Source of the DNA: a virus
DNA: 64,000 bases
Reading direction: 5' to 3' (one strand)
IMG/VR virus record: IMGVR_UViG_3300009788_000088
The notes under the pieces are model-generated. The model was not told the origin of the DNA. It did no database searches and was given only the letters and a program-made list of their open reading frames with translations. A program made the translations under genes and the position numbers. Positions 28,376-38,034 of the stretch are shown here, in pieces (positions within the stretch are counted from its first letter, which is position 1; each line of letters starts with the position of its first letter).

Positions 28376-31207
28376 TCAATTATTTATCATATCCCAAATC
28401 GTGACAACTCTTTCCGTAGTCCATCCTATTGTATCAAGAATATCCTTTAATGGATTGATAAACGCTTTCTTCCACTGAAGACCATAATCCACTTGGATAA
28501 TATCCTTCCATTCATGTGGAAACTTCGTACTGATACCGATCACATTAGAACGTAAAACATTAGGCTCAATCATGTAGGCAAATTTAATTTTCTCTCCTTC
28601 AGCGATGAATGGATATTTATTTTCCAAACCATACTTCTTTACAGCTTGATTATAAACCATAGACGCTCGGACTTGAATAGGCAATCCTTTCAGTTCATCA
28701 TGCTCTTTGTCTGCCAACACTTTGACCATTTCTCCGTCCAGACCGGGAACGGTTATTATCTTAGTATCACGATATTTATCATACGTATTGACTCCTTTGG
28801 GGAATGCCACGGCCTCAAACGGTAACGTGAAAAACTCCTTCTTCTTTTCCCTGATAAAATCAATAAGTGTATCATTGTCTTCAAGGAATGCCATCCGCAG
28901 TGATTCCTTGAGCCAGTCCCGAATAACTTGTGGGCTATCTGACCGTACCACCTGAATTCCGGTCTGATCAATCTTGGGGTTCTTAGTGTAATCTTTACCC
29001 TCATCATCCAACACCATATAAGCATATTTCTTTTTAGCCAGCGCAATGACCCCACCACAAATTTTCTCTCGGCCCATAGACATGTAATTGACACTGGAGT
29101 TCAACTTTACAGCACAATCATGGAATGCCTTTTCAATGACAGGTAATAATACTTGTTCACTAAGTCTATTTAAGAATCGGACGATTTCTTCTTGTGAGCC
29201 CCCATCAGGGAACCGCTGAGTCACCACAGTCCCCAGACGGACGTACACGCTGTCTGTATCAATCATTTTGATATAAGGGTGTACCACGGGCACCCCCTCA
29301 GCAGTAAACGTCTCCAGAGGCCCAAATGCGAGTGTCAGGTACTCACTAATAGCCTTCTCCACTGATTTGATATAAAATTGGGATGTCAGTGTGATGGATG
29401 AAGCCAGCGCCACGTCATAATAGGGGAAGAACTTGTTAGCATAGGCTCCGTACAGGGAGTTCAGGAGAATCTTGAGAGCATACTGTATCTGGTCCTTAGC
29501 GGCTATTTCATCCTCCAAATAACGATATTCATCAATATGCCCCCCACCAGTCATCTCATCATCAAGTTGCTGTTCAAGTGTTCTCATCTCTTTTTGAGTG
29601 GTTTTTCTTTGTTCAAAGATATCCTTGACCACTTCGGGAATGAATCCAAGAGTTCCGCCGTCCCGGTAGTAAAATTGACCATACTCTCGGCCGCCAGCTT
29701 CTACAGTTTGATCCTCCTGCCACGCCACACATAGATTATAATCCGGGTACTCCTCAAGGATAGAGGTATCTACCAACCCGTTGACTAACCCATCCACGGT
29801 TACATTATCTGACAATGCCTGTAAAGCTTCCGGGAGTTCATTTTCGTTTATTTTCCGTTCCGGGGAAATGTTGTTGCTGATAAGACATGTTGGATATTCC
29901 GATGCCACGTCAAAGCTGATAACCCATTCATCCAACCCCTTGATAGGTTCCTTCACGAACGCTCCGGGGTAAGGAGTCCACCGCTTAGTCTCACGGGTTG
30001 GTGTGGCAATCTTCCGTTCGTTCAGAATATTATATAGATAAGCTTCCCAGATACGCAAGGTGCCCAACACCTGTTCAAAATCCCCCAGTCCGGCCATGTA
30101 AGAAATGGTGGCTCCCAGTTGGATAAGCTGAAGTTTGTCATCCAACATCTTAACAAGATCGGCGTCATAAATGTTGTACTCAACGAACAATTGAAAATTC
30201 TGACGGTAAAGGGTGGCAAGGTCACCATACTTATCCCGGTAGTCAACTTTCTCTTTACCCAATTCGTACTTGGAAATGTAATCTAATGTAAAACTCTCCC
30301 GGCCCCCCGGTTGGAACTTCCTATACAATTCAATATAATCAAGGTGAGCCACGCCAGTAATAGTGTAACCTTCAACATCTTGATGCCTCAATCCTGAATC
30401 AGCAATAACCCGTTTTTCTCGGATAGTTCTGAAGGGAGATAGTTTGTACATTATTTTCTCTTCAATTTGACCGTACTTCGCCAGATATTTGATACGATTG
30501 ATGAAGTATGGGATATCAAACCCGAATGAGAACCACCCTGTTAAGACATCCGGATAGTCCTTACCACCTTCCCCAGAAAACACGTCGATGAATGATTTAA
30601 TAAGGAACGCTTCGTTCAGTTTTCCATCCGGCCCAGAACAGTTGAAGTACCGCACGTTGGGCTCATGTGGAACATAATCCGACTGACCATCTGGAGGTGC
30701 TGAGAAAACATACTTTTTATCTCTAGCAACATCGTAATAGGTCAAGGCTACGATAGGTTGGAAGGGGTTGTCGGGTTTCGCAAATCCACCCATGGTATCA
30801 ACCTCAATATCTAATACCCCCACTCGGATAAAAGGACATGTGAATGAACGCTCACTCCTTGGGAACACCTCAGCAATAAGCTGGGTAGGGATAGCAATAT
30901 CGTGGAGGGGTGACAACTTGTTGGGATTATGGATATCCCCATAAGGAGCCGCTTCATAATATTCGTTAATGGAATTGAATTCCTGAAGGTATACGGGAGT
31001 GCCGTTCAAAGACTTCCACTCAGACTCTCCGTGGAAAGCCCACCCTAATCGGGGTTTGAAATCTTCGGGGATTTTGTATTCTTTGTAACGCCGTTCACCG
31101 TTCTTAGTGTAATAAGAAACGATGAGTGAGCTTCTGCGGTTTCCTCTAAAAGACGAAGAAATATAAGTTCCGTCGATCTTCTCTACCACAAACCTATCCT
31201 TTCTCAT
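28376..31207 (-). CDS. gp43: Family B DNA polymerase
   Basis: ExoI LDIEVD, ExoII FDIPY, ExoIII YNIYD, motif A DVASEYP, motif B KILLNSLYG, motif C DTDS, and KKKY. Confidence 0.98.
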   Translation of the reverse strand: MRKDRFVVEKIDGTYISSSFRGNRRSSLIVSYYTKNGERRYKEYKIPEDFKPRLGWAFHGESEWKSLNGTPVYLQEFNSINEYYEAAPYGDIHNPNKLSPLHDIAIPTQLIAEVFPRSERSFTCPFIRVGVLDIEVDTMGGFAKPDNPFQPIVALTYYDVARDKKYVFSAPPDGQSDYVPHEPNVRYFNCSGPDGKLNEAFLIKSFIDVFSGEGGKDYPDVLTGWFSFGFDIPYFINRIKYLAKYGQIEEKIMYKLSPFRTIREKRVIADSGLRHQDVEGYTITGVAHLDYIELYRKFQPGGRESFTLDYISKYELGKEKVDYRDKYGDLATLYRQNFQLFVEYNIYDADLVKMLDDKLQLIQLGATISYMAGLGDFEQVLGTLRIWEAYLYNILNERKIATPTRETKRWTPYPGAFVKEPIKGLDEWVISFDVASEYPTCLISNNISPERKINENELPEALQALSDNVTVDGLVNGLVDTSILEEYPDYNLCVAWQEDQTVEAGGREYGQFYYRDGGTLGFIPEVVKDIFEQRKTTQKEMRTLEQQLDDEMTGGGHIDEYRYLEDEIAAKDQIQYALKILLNSLYGAYANKFFPYYDVALASSITLTSQFYIKSVEKAISEYLTLAFGPLETFTAEGVPVVHPYIKMIDTDSVYVRLGTVVTQRFPDGGSQEEIVRFLNRLSEQVLLPVIEKAFHDCAVKLNSSVNYMSMGREKICGGVIALAKKKYAYMVLDDEGKDYTKNPKIDQTGIQVVRSDSPQVIRDWLKESLRMAFLEDNDTLIDFIREKKKEFFTLPFEAVAFPKGVNTYDKYRDTKIITVPGLDGEMVKVLADKEHDELKGLPIQVRASMVYNQAVKKYGLENKYPFIAEGEKIKFAYMIEPNVLRSNVIGISTKFPHEWKDIIQVDYGLQWKKAFINPLKDILDTIGWTTERVVTIWDMINN

Positions 31208-31224
31208 TTGAAGCGTATTTGAAT

Positions 31225-31253
31225 AATGTACCAGAACGTTGGAGTAATGTCAA
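31225..31253 (-). promoter_or_regulatory. Sigma70-type promoter upstream of the DNA polymerase gene
   Basis: TTGACA-N17-TACATT. Confidence 0.55.
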
Positions 31254-31633
31254 TCCCAGATCGCAAGTATCCAAAAGCCCAGCAATCTGAGGGCTTCATC
31301 AATCTGTTCATACTCTTCCACGTTCAGGCCATAACGGGGTTGGCCAAACTCATCTGGAGGAAGGGTTCCATCCCTGTCCGCCGCCAGCAATTCAATGGCC
31401 GCAATGAGTTTATCAACGTATGCTTCCCATTGATTAGAGGTAAGAGGCATTGGATGGCCCATTAAATTTTTACGATACGCCTTGAGCCGAGGAAGCATCC
31501 AGTACAAAGTGGAATACCCCAAGTCCCAAACCTCATCATCAGAATAACCCCGAAATTTTCTTTGGAGTCGTATCTTGATATTGAATTTAAAATCTCTAAT
31601 CCGTGACCGCATTCTTCGAAAAAAGCGTTTCAT
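31250..31633 (-). CDS. Phage hypothetical protein
   Basis: RGYSDDEVWDL...LPRLK...LAIWD pattern, which I recognise from large phages. Confidence 0.65.
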   Translation of the reverse strand: MKRFFRRMRSRIRDFKFNIKIRLQRKFRGYSDDEVWDLGYSTLYWMLPRLKAYRKNLMGHPMPLTSNQWEAYVDKLIAAIELLAADRDGTLPPDEFGQPRYGLNVEEYEQIDEALRLLGFWILAIWD

Positions 31634-31883
31634 GAAATGTGTCTCCCATTGTCATTAAAAGGTCTTGGTCAATTCGTTCACCAAATTCCGTTGTTAGAAT
31701 TTTTCTCAAATGAAATTCCATATCTATACTATCAATTCCGTAATGCCAATCACTGATAAAAACGAATGGTCCCGAATTTGGTTTCGGGAGCATAGCCAAC
31801 AATTTGGTAGGACTGACAGCCATTAACGCAAAACCAGCGCCCAAAGTCTTTAGAAAGCTACGTCTTTCTATTTTTAATGTCAC
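31596..31883 (-). CDS. Tat-signal-like small protein with a gp23-like segment
   Basis: ERRSFLKTLGAG; C-terminal LRKILTTEFGERIDQDLL. Confidence 0.5.
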   Translation of the reverse strand: MTLKIERRSFLKTLGAGFALMAVSPTKLLAMLPKPNSGPFVFISDWHYGIDSIDMEFHLRKILTTEFGERIDQDLLMTMGDTFHETLFSKNAVTD

Positions 31884-32072
31884 GGTAACACTCCTGTATA
31901 GTCATTGAAACGTGGCAACTTTTACAACCACATTCCCCAGCACAAGCGTAACTACAATCATCATTACAGGTACACTCAAAACAACAGCACATCGTTGTAT
32001 CCCGACCGAACCCCCAATAGCAACACCAATCCTTATGTTTCTTCACCCCTAATCTTTTATCAGTGTTAGTTG

Positions 32073-32579
32073 TCATCCCATTCCCCAATTCACCGTTTGT
32101 TTGGCCCAATGGGGTCGGCCAATTTCCATATACTTCCCAGCGTACCACCAGAAGAATCTCTCCCGTTTATAAGACTCATTCGGGTAGAGTCCGGAACCAA
32201 ACGGTTCGATAATGGCATAAACATAACTGTATTCAAAGATATCCATATGGTTCCCCAGAACACACTCAATAGCATCTGCTTCCGTATCAAAATATCCCGG
32301 AGTTCGCTGATCCATCAACAGTGTTCCAACACATTCTCCTTTGCGGGGACCATAAAGAATGTATACGGGTTTATAGCCGATGGTAGTGACGAACCACTTC
32401 ACGCCCTCATCATCGAATATGTATTTAGGATATTTCTTCAAGAGCCAGCTAAGGGATTTCTGGAGACGTGCCACCTTGTCTTTCAAATCTTTGGCGTCTG
32501 TGTTATACGCCCGGACCACATCCCCAGCCTCTGTCAGAACGAAGGTCAATTGTTTCTGGAGCCATGACGGAATTTTCAT
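32073..32579 (-). CDS. Hypothetical protein
   Basis: Start MKIPSW with a GAGGT RBS; the longer ORF-track version overlaps tRNA-Thr. Confidence 0.6.
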   Translation of the reverse strand: MKIPSWLQKQLTFVLTEAGDVVRAYNTDAKDLKDKVARLQKSLSWLLKKYPKYIFDDEGVKWFVTTIGYKPVYILYGPRKGECVGTLLMDQRTPGYFDTEADAIECVLGNHMDIFEYSYVYAIIEPFGSGLYPNESYKRERFFWWYAGKYMEIGRPHWAKQTVNWGMG

Positions 32580-32597
32580 AATCACCTCAAAATAAAA

Positions 32598-32674
32598 TGG
32601 AGCCGGAGACAGGACTTGAACCCGCAACATCCGCATTACAAGTGCGGCGCTCTACCAATTAAAGCTACTCCGGC
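32598..32674 (-). tRNA. tRNA-Thr(TGT)
   Basis: Cloverleaf; anticodon arm CCGCA-CTTGTAA-TGCGG; encoded CCA. Confidence 0.95.
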
Positions 32675-32862
32675 CTTTCGTTTCTAATATAATTTTCAGA
32701 ACCAACATCTTGAGCATCTCTGAAATGGTTGGCTAGATTTTCAGACCACTCTTCCCATTTCCGGCGTTCATCCATCTGTCCAGCTTGATTCCCGATGGAG
32801 TACCCAGAAGCCCAGCCAGCCAGCAATCCAGTGATAAGCGCCAACCATATCCAGAACGCCAT
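32665..32862 (-). CDS. Small membrane-anchored protein
   Basis: N-terminal transmembrane segment; GGAGG RBS; follows a late promoter. Confidence 0.55.
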   Translation of the reverse strand: MAFWIWLALITGLLAGWASGYSIGNQAGQMDERRKWEEWSENLANHFRDAQDVGSENYIRNERPE

Positions 32863-32880
32863 GATAAACCTCCAAGTAAA

Positions 32881-32888
32881 TATTTATA
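32881..32888 (-). promoter_or_regulatory. T4-type late promoter
   Basis: TATAAATA in an intergenic region. Confidence 0.6.
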
Positions 32889-33623
32889 TCAAATTAATAA
32901 TTGAATCAACATTGGAATTTCCTGTACTCCCCCTATTGGAGACGTTGGAATGTCAACTCCAAGCACTCCACCAAAAAATGCATCACCCTGATTGTAACAC
33001 ACGGGGTCCAAATTTGTTATAGTGTTATACCACTCTTGATACTTTTTATCATGTATCAAATCAAGGTGTCCCAACCAGACACAAAACTCTTGGAATGTCC
33101 TTTTGGTGATCCCCAGATAATCCTTGGAGATATCGTACTTGCCGTGTTCTCTTTCCCGGTGATAGGTAAGAGCCTTTTGGGTCCGGGCGCTCACCACTGA
33201 ACGAATCTCATCACCGTCTGGGTCAATCTCCCACGTGTCACACCATATATCTTCCCCGTCATCGACAATGCCGTGTTCCTTCAGCACGTCAGCTACTATA
33301 TCACGCCACGGGTTCCCACCGATACCTCCGAAGAACCGTCTATTGTATCCCCGGCCATACCGATAACTCCCCACTACGAAGATGGTATTCTGAGGGCCAC
33401 GTTTAGCATGAATTTCAAATCCACCGACAGTCAGATCACCCGCATTGATGTGGGCGATAGTCGGGTGTATATAATCCATGCCTTCAGTCCACATCTTCTT
33501 ATTGGACAGGTAGACCCAATTCTTGTAGATACGCAAAACTGTTCCACGAGGATTCTTAATCCAACCCACACCGGACTGTCCTTTATGATCAAAAGCTACT
33601 GTTGCCCAATTTGATAAAGCCAT
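32889..33623 (-). CDS. Hypothetical protein
   Basis: 244-aa ORF with an AAGGAG RBS. Confidence 0.7.
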   Translation of the reverse strand: MALSNWATVAFDHKGQSGVGWIKNPRGTVLRIYKNWVYLSNKKMWTEGMDYIHPTIAHINAGDLTVGGFEIHAKRGPQNTIFVVGSYRYGRGYNRRFFGGIGGNPWRDIVADVLKEHGIVDDGEDIWCDTWEIDPDGDEIRSVVSARTQKALTYHREREHGKYDISKDYLGITKRTFQEFCVWLGHLDLIHDKKYQEWYNTITNLDPVCYNQGDAFFGGVLGVDIPTSPIGGVQEIPMLIQLLI

Positions 33624-33624
33624 C

Positions 33625-34035
33625 TTACCACTCCTTTGGTATCAAGAATTCAATATGCCTCCTTAGACCCTCCTTACGGTGAGCGGACAGGGCACTCTTG
33701 TTGACCCTTTTCAGAATACTCTCCAGAGCTTCCTTATCCCGCACTAACTTCTCCACCTCGTCTGGATGTTTGGAACACTGAGTTTCAATTTCTTCTCGTT
33801 TGAAGTTTGGTACATATTTTATTTTGGCACCACACTTAAACTTGACATGTTCAAACTGTTCGCCAGAGCAATGGGTAGAAGATACATACAACCCCTGTAC
33901 CTCTGCGCCGCAGATTGGACAACGCTCATAATTAAGATGCTTCAACGGCCACATTTTCATAATTACTCCTTCCGTGGAAGCAACTTGTAAAAGCCCCAAA
34001 ATTCTATCAAGGTGGCCTCCGTCACCTCTTTCCAT
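33625..34035 (-). CDS. Zinc-ribbon hypothetical protein
   Basis: CPICG motif; the true start is probably internal (MKMWP). Confidence 0.55.
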   Translation of the reverse strand: MERGDGGHLDRILGLLQVASTEGVIMKMWPLKHLNYERCPICGAEVQGLYVSSTHCSGEQFEHVKFKCGAKIKYVPNFKREEIETQCSKHPDEVEKLVRDKEALESILKRVNKSALSAHRKEGLRRHIEFLIPKEW

Positions 34036-34343
34036 TTAATATGAGGACAATGAGTTTTTAGGATACGGCGAATAAGAGCATAATGATCATCATCCATCGT
34101 GGCCGCAATAGTCTGTCCAGTATACCACGTGTTGGAATCCTGACCATAATTTCTACCAGTCTTGCGAGACCATTTCTCTTCCCGGCCATCCTTTATGGTC
34201 ACAATCATGGCCTTCGTAAGACGGACCACTTTTGTAAGTCTGGTAGGGCCGTGGTAGTGATCGTGGATCGTCACCTTATCCCCAACCTCAAGGTCTTGGA
34301 TATTCTCTTCAGCTTCCCACATGGTTACTCCTTCTTTGAACAT
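33963..34343 (-). CDS. Hypothetical protein (SH3/KOW-like N-terminus)
   Basis: LEVGDKVTI motif. Confidence 0.55.
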   Translation of the reverse strand: MFKEGVTMWEAEENIQDLEVGDKVTIHDHYHGPTRLTKVVRLTKAMIVTIKDGREEKWSRKTGRNYGQDSNTWYTGQTIAATMDDDHYALIRRILKTHCPHIKWKEVTEATLIEFWGFYKLLPRKE

Positions 34344-34690
34344 GCTTTAACATGGCGATTAAAATTTGCCACTGGTCCCCGAAAATTGTATCGCTGACCG
34401 TTTCCCCAATATCCCACTATTCTCCCTATTCCTTTATTTTTATAAAATGCTGGAAACGTTTTTTTGCAGTGAGGACAGACATAACCAAATAACGGAATTT
34501 CTTTATCTTCCAGTATCACGATTTCCGCTTCGGGGTCAATATGATCCTCACAAATCATGTTTGAGTTTCCGTCATATGGATAATGGTCAGGACCACAAAG
34601 ATATATTTTATCAGCCGGAAAATCTTTTCGGCAAACATAACACGTGGCGTCCTCTTCCGCCGGAAAAATTATGAAAGGTAAGAGGTTCAT
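34325..34690 (-). CDS. Zinc-finger hypothetical protein
   Basis: CYVC and CPHC motifs. Confidence 0.55.
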   Translation of the reverse strand: MNLLPFIIFPAEEDATCYVCRKDFPADKIYLCGPDHYPYDGNSNMICEDHIDPEAEIVILEDKEIPLFGYVCPHCKKTFPAFYKNKGIGRIVGYWGNGQRYNFRGPVANFNRHVKACSKKE

Positions 34691-34878
34691 AAATTCATTC
34701 AGACGCCACCAACGACATCCAGTTCCTCTTCTACCGAAAGGTCTTCCCTTTCATCATGTGCCTCATCTTCTCGGCGTAAACATTCCATGCAATCCGGGTC
34801 AGCATAAGGGTCTGAATCATCGAACCCAAGGTCAGCCCCACAACAGCAACATGTTAATCTAGCCATGATAAACCTCCC

Positions 34879-35238
34879 TTATTTGTCTTTAAATTCCTCA
34901 ACCAGTTTCTCTACCTCTTCGTACCAACCGGGAACAGTATAAAATAATCTGATTGCAGATGTTTCTACTGGAAACGTTTTGAACAACCGCATAAGATTTC
35001 CACTATCTGCCCGATGGACGTTATCAAAAAAAGCCATCCAAAAACCACCAAACCGTCCTGTCTGCCATTTATAAGCGATCTCTTGTTCTGGTTCAAGGAA
35101 TGGATACTTCCTATCAGTTAAACAATAAGGCTCATAATGACCAGCTTCAGTTTCAGCCCTATGCCTGATATCTTCAGTCATATAAAACACCGCCAACGTA
35201 GCCTCGTCTTTGCTCATTATACTATCTCCTTTCAACAT
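34879..35238 (-). CDS. Hypothetical protein
   Basis: Downstream of a promoter; AAGGAG RBS before MSKDE. Confidence 0.6.
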   Translation of the reverse strand: MLKGDSIMSKDEATLAVFYMTEDIRHRAETEAGHYEPYCLTDRKYPFLEPEQEIAYKWQTGRFGGFWMAFFDNVHRADSGNLMRLFKTFPVETSAIRLFYTVPGWYEEVEKLVEEFKDK

Positions 35239-35242
35239 CTAT

Positions 35243-35270
35243 AATGTAACACATTAAGGGATAGTGTCAA
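35243..35270 (-). promoter_or_regulatory. Sigma70-type promoter
   Basis: TTGACA-N16-TACATT. Confidence 0.55.
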
Positions 35271-35315
35271 GGAGAAATATATATAAGAAACGTGAATAGA
35301 TTTTGAATAGAAAAG

Positions 35316-35391
35316 TGGTCGGAGTAGGAGGATTCGAACCTCCGTCCCATGGCCCCAAACCATGCGCTAAACCAGTCTCAGCTATACTCCG
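35316..35391 (-). tRNA. tRNA-Pro(TGG)
   Basis: CATGG-TTTGGGG-CCATG; TTCGAAT T-loop; CCA. Confidence 0.93.
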
Positions 35392-35424
35392 ACATATTTA
35401 CGAATAGAAATGTGAATAGATTGT

Positions 35425-35459
35425 GCATAGTAACTCCTAACCCACAGGAGTTACTATGC
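35425..35459. repeat. Perfect 14-bp inverted repeat (hairpin)
   Basis: GCATAGTAACTCCT-aacccac-AGGAGTTACTATGC. Confidence 0.85.
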
Positions 35460-35506
35460 TAGATTGGCCCCAGTAGTAAAGGATGCCTACGTTAAGGGTG
35501 TACGTC

Positions 35507-35731
35507 TTATGCTTTAAGCAACGACCCCAGCCCAAAACGCAGGACTTTCTTATGTGAGAAAGCGAATTCAAACTCAATTTGCTCTGGCTGTCTGAAAAAC
35601 AATTCAGCCATTTTTTCCACAGCGCACGGGCCACAAGGTTCTATAATGGGTTCATCCTGTCTTACCCGAAAAACCTCATAGGTCGTTTTGCATTCTGGAC
35701 ATTTCGCTTTCTGGTTCATTAAAAACGCCAT
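35507..35731 (-). CDS. Small zinc-ribbon protein
   Basis: CPEC and CGPC motifs; GGAG RBS. Confidence 0.5.
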   Translation of the reverse strand: MAFLMNQKAKCPECKTTYEVFRVRQDEPIIEPCGPCAVEKMAELFFRQPEQIEFEFAFSHKKVLRFGLGSLLKA

Positions 35732-35750
35732 CTACGTCTCCAAAAATAAT

Positions 35751-35823
35751 TGGTGGAGCGATAGGGAATTGAACCCTAGTTCCTCTGAGTGCAAATCAGC
35801 GATCCAGTCCCGCTGGCCGCCCC
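35751..35823 (-). tRNA. tRNA-Ala(TGC) with an atypical D-arm
   Basis: G3:U70 pair; CTGA-TTTGCAC-TCAG; ACCA end. Confidence 0.85.
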
Positions 35824-35840
35824 ATATATACCTTCTACAA

Positions 35841-36269
35841 CTATTTATCTTCGTAGGAGAGAAATACCTTTCTACTCATCGAGACAATCTCTCCAACAGT
35901 CTTTTCCATTTCCACCATAGTATCCCTTGATGGTTGCAATTTATGGTGGAAAATTTTCTTGACCAATTCGTGTATCATCTTCCGACCACTATAACAGGCC
36001 AGACAGTAACGAGTGATAGACGGCGCTTCTGTAATATCACTCGGATTCTGTGGGATATCTTCTTCTATCTGCATGGCCGCTGGGGTAAATCCACATAGAT
36101 CACATTGTGGAACAGGAATGGAATATGTGGTAATGTCTTTATCAGCCACCGCCGGGTCTATCACGATAATCTCTTCCCCCACACTTACAGGAGAAGCCGG
36201 ACAATCTCCCCAATGCCCCCCAAGTTTTTTACCTTTACATTTTTTAGACCCATCACAGTCCATTTTCAT
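35841..36269 (-). CDS. Cys-rich hypothetical protein
   Basis: 142-aa ORF with an RBS. Confidence 0.55.
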   Translation of the reverse strand: MKMDCDGSKKCKGKKLGGHWGDCPASPVSVGEEIIVIDPAVADKDITTYSIPVPQCDLCGFTPAAMQIEEDIPQNPSDITEAPSITRYCLACYSGRKMIHELVKKIFHHKLQPSRDTMVEMEKTVGEIVSMSRKVFLSYEDK

Positions 36270-36504
36270 TTATTTCCTTTTCATCAAGACGGGAAAGAAA
36301 AATTCCAATGCGATCCTCCAAACGCTCAGCATCGCTTTTATGAGCAAGCGTGTTATGAGGGGTTTGTGTTATATATTCATAAAAAATCTCATCCCACAAT
36401 TCTTTATAACATTTCATTCTTAATCCTCCTTTTCACCATCCGGTGAAAATCATGTTTTGGGTGAAATTTCATCAGAAGATGGTTTAATTTCAACCACCCC
36501 CTCA

Positions 36505-36792
36505 TTAGTTCAACATCGCTCCCTTTGGAACATTAAGACTTTCTAATAGTTCCGTATTTTGATCTTGCATGTCAACTATAGTGCCGGGAGATGGGTGTTT
36601 ATCCGGTCCATCCCATTTAAGAACAAGGATGTGAGTCCCGTTATTCCAGACAACAAACGGATATACACCCACCATCACAACAATTCCCCGTTGTATCGGA
36701 ACAAGATGAGAGACCGCCAAAATCATTGCCTGTTCGTGAATAGTCAAATCGTGGGTCACTTCTTTTATTTGAAGAGTCTTTTCTCCAGTCAT
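36505..36792 (-). CDS. Hypothetical protein
   Basis: 4-bp overlap chain. Confidence 0.55.
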   Translation of the reverse strand: MTGEKTLQIKEVTHDLTIHEQAMILAVSHLVPIQRGIVVMVGVYPFVVWNNGTHILVLKWDGPDKHPSPGTIVDMQDQNTELLESLNVPKGAMLN

Positions 36793-37031
36793 AAATCAAC
36801 CTCAAAACAGTATAACTTAATATGCGAATTTTCTGGTTCGCCGGGTTGGACGTAAAATTCTAGCCGCTCTACCTCATACTTCCGAATGATACCTTTGATG
36901 TTCACGAGAAGCCGTTCTCCCGATTTCGGTAAAACGGATAGATGAAAAGTGGATATGGGAGCATTCCCATCCATCAAAAAAACTTTTATCATACCGTTGA
37001 TCCTTCTTGAAAGTCTGGACTCTTTCTCCAC
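36789..37031 (-). CDS. Hypothetical protein
   Basis: Overlap chain. Confidence 0.5.
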   Translation of the reverse strand: MEKESRLSRRINGMIKVFLMDGNAPISTFHLSVLPKSGERLLVNIKGIIRKYEVERLEFYVQPGEPENSHIKLYCFEVDL

Positions 37032-37504
37032 CCCGATGGTTCATGTTTCAACCTATTCCCCGTTTGATCAATAAAAGATGCCTGATCCTCATCCCTCAGA
37101 GGTTCCATGGCTTTGTGCATCCTCATAATGATATCAAAAAGATCGGAGTTATCACCTTCCTTGGCCCGTGCAATACAAACCTCCAAAGGCACATCAAAGA
37201 CCGCCCAGATAATCCGAGGGTGCATCATACGCCACATGATCCGGCGCTTCTCTGTGGTGTTAGTAGCATCGATAATAACTCCCCGGTGTCCAGCTTCATA
37301 CAGGGCACGGGTCATAGTCTGGGCGATACCCCACACCATAGGTTCAGCATCCCCATAAAAAGCTTGACCGTGAAGGGCCAACCGGATAGCGTCCGGGTTG
37401 ACGATAGCGTATCCTTTTTCCTTGGCCATCTTTTTGGCCCATGTGGATTTACCGCTCCGGGGGAGACCAATGGTCACTATCATAAGGGTTGACGGGTCAA
37501 TCAT
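36989..37504 (-). CDS. Polynucleotide kinase-like P-loop protein (AAA_33), kinase domain only
   Basis: GLPRSGKSTWA, NPDAIR, IIDATN and CIAR motifs. Confidence 0.85.
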   Translation of the reverse strand: MIDPSTLMIVTIGLPRSGKSTWAKKMAKEKGYAIVNPDAIRLALHGQAFYGDAEPMVWGIAQTMTRALYEAGHRGVIIDATNTTEKRRIMWRMMHPRIIWAVFDVPLEVCIARAKEGDNSDLFDIIMRMHKAMEPLRDEDQASFIDQTGNRLKHEPSGWRKSPDFQEGSTV

Positions 37505-37938
37505 TCAAATATTCCCGGCGTAATGAATCGAATTTCTAACCACATATTAAGAAACCTCGTAGCTTCATGAGCCGCATAAACATAATGCAATTCTTCTAAG
37601 CTTTGAACGATAAGCACCAGAACAGGAGTTCTCCCAGTCATACCTGTATAATGAATTATCCGCCCAAACCCCTCTTTCCATTCGTAAGCCCATACTAATT
37701 CAATAACCTCTGATTCGGTTATAATGTCAATCTGACTTTGATCTATAAGAACGGCTCCCACCCCCACTTCTTGATCAGTATAATCCGTAATTAACCCGGC
37801 GTATGCATCCCGGTAATTATCTTTAGTATACTGAAGAGTTTCGACAGTCTCTCCCGATTCCGGGGTATTGGCTATGACCGGAACAGCGAAGACCAAAGAA
37901 AAGGCCAATACTAACAGGATAATACTCAACTTTTTCAT
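37501..37938 (-). CDS. Secreted hypothetical protein
   Basis: Start MKKLSIILLVLAF (signal peptide); AGGAGG RBS. Confidence 0.65.
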   Translation of the reverse strand: MKKLSIILLVLAFSLVFAVPVIANTPESGETVETLQYTKDNYRDAYAGLITDYTDQEVGVGAVLIDQSQIDIITESEVIELVWAYEWKEGFGRIIHYTGMTGRTPVLVLIVQSLEELHYVYAAHEATRFLNMWLEIRFITPGIFE

Positions 37939-37959
37939 AACAACCTCCTGTGAATTATA

Positions 37960-38034
37960 TGGTCCCGGTGATTGGATTCGAACCAATGTGCCCCGCCTTA
38001 TCGGGACGGTGCTAAGCCGCTTAGCTACACCGGG
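37960..38034 (-). tRNA. tRNA-Ile(GAT) with C33
   Basis: CCGTC-CCGATAA-GGCGG; TTCGAAT T-loop; ACCA. Confidence 0.88.

Noticed and set aside
9439-31207. Inteins, introns or homing endonucleases in nrdJ and gp43
   Set aside because: Both ORFs are continuous and of normal length, and I saw no intein, HNH, GIY-YIG or LAGLIDADG motifs.
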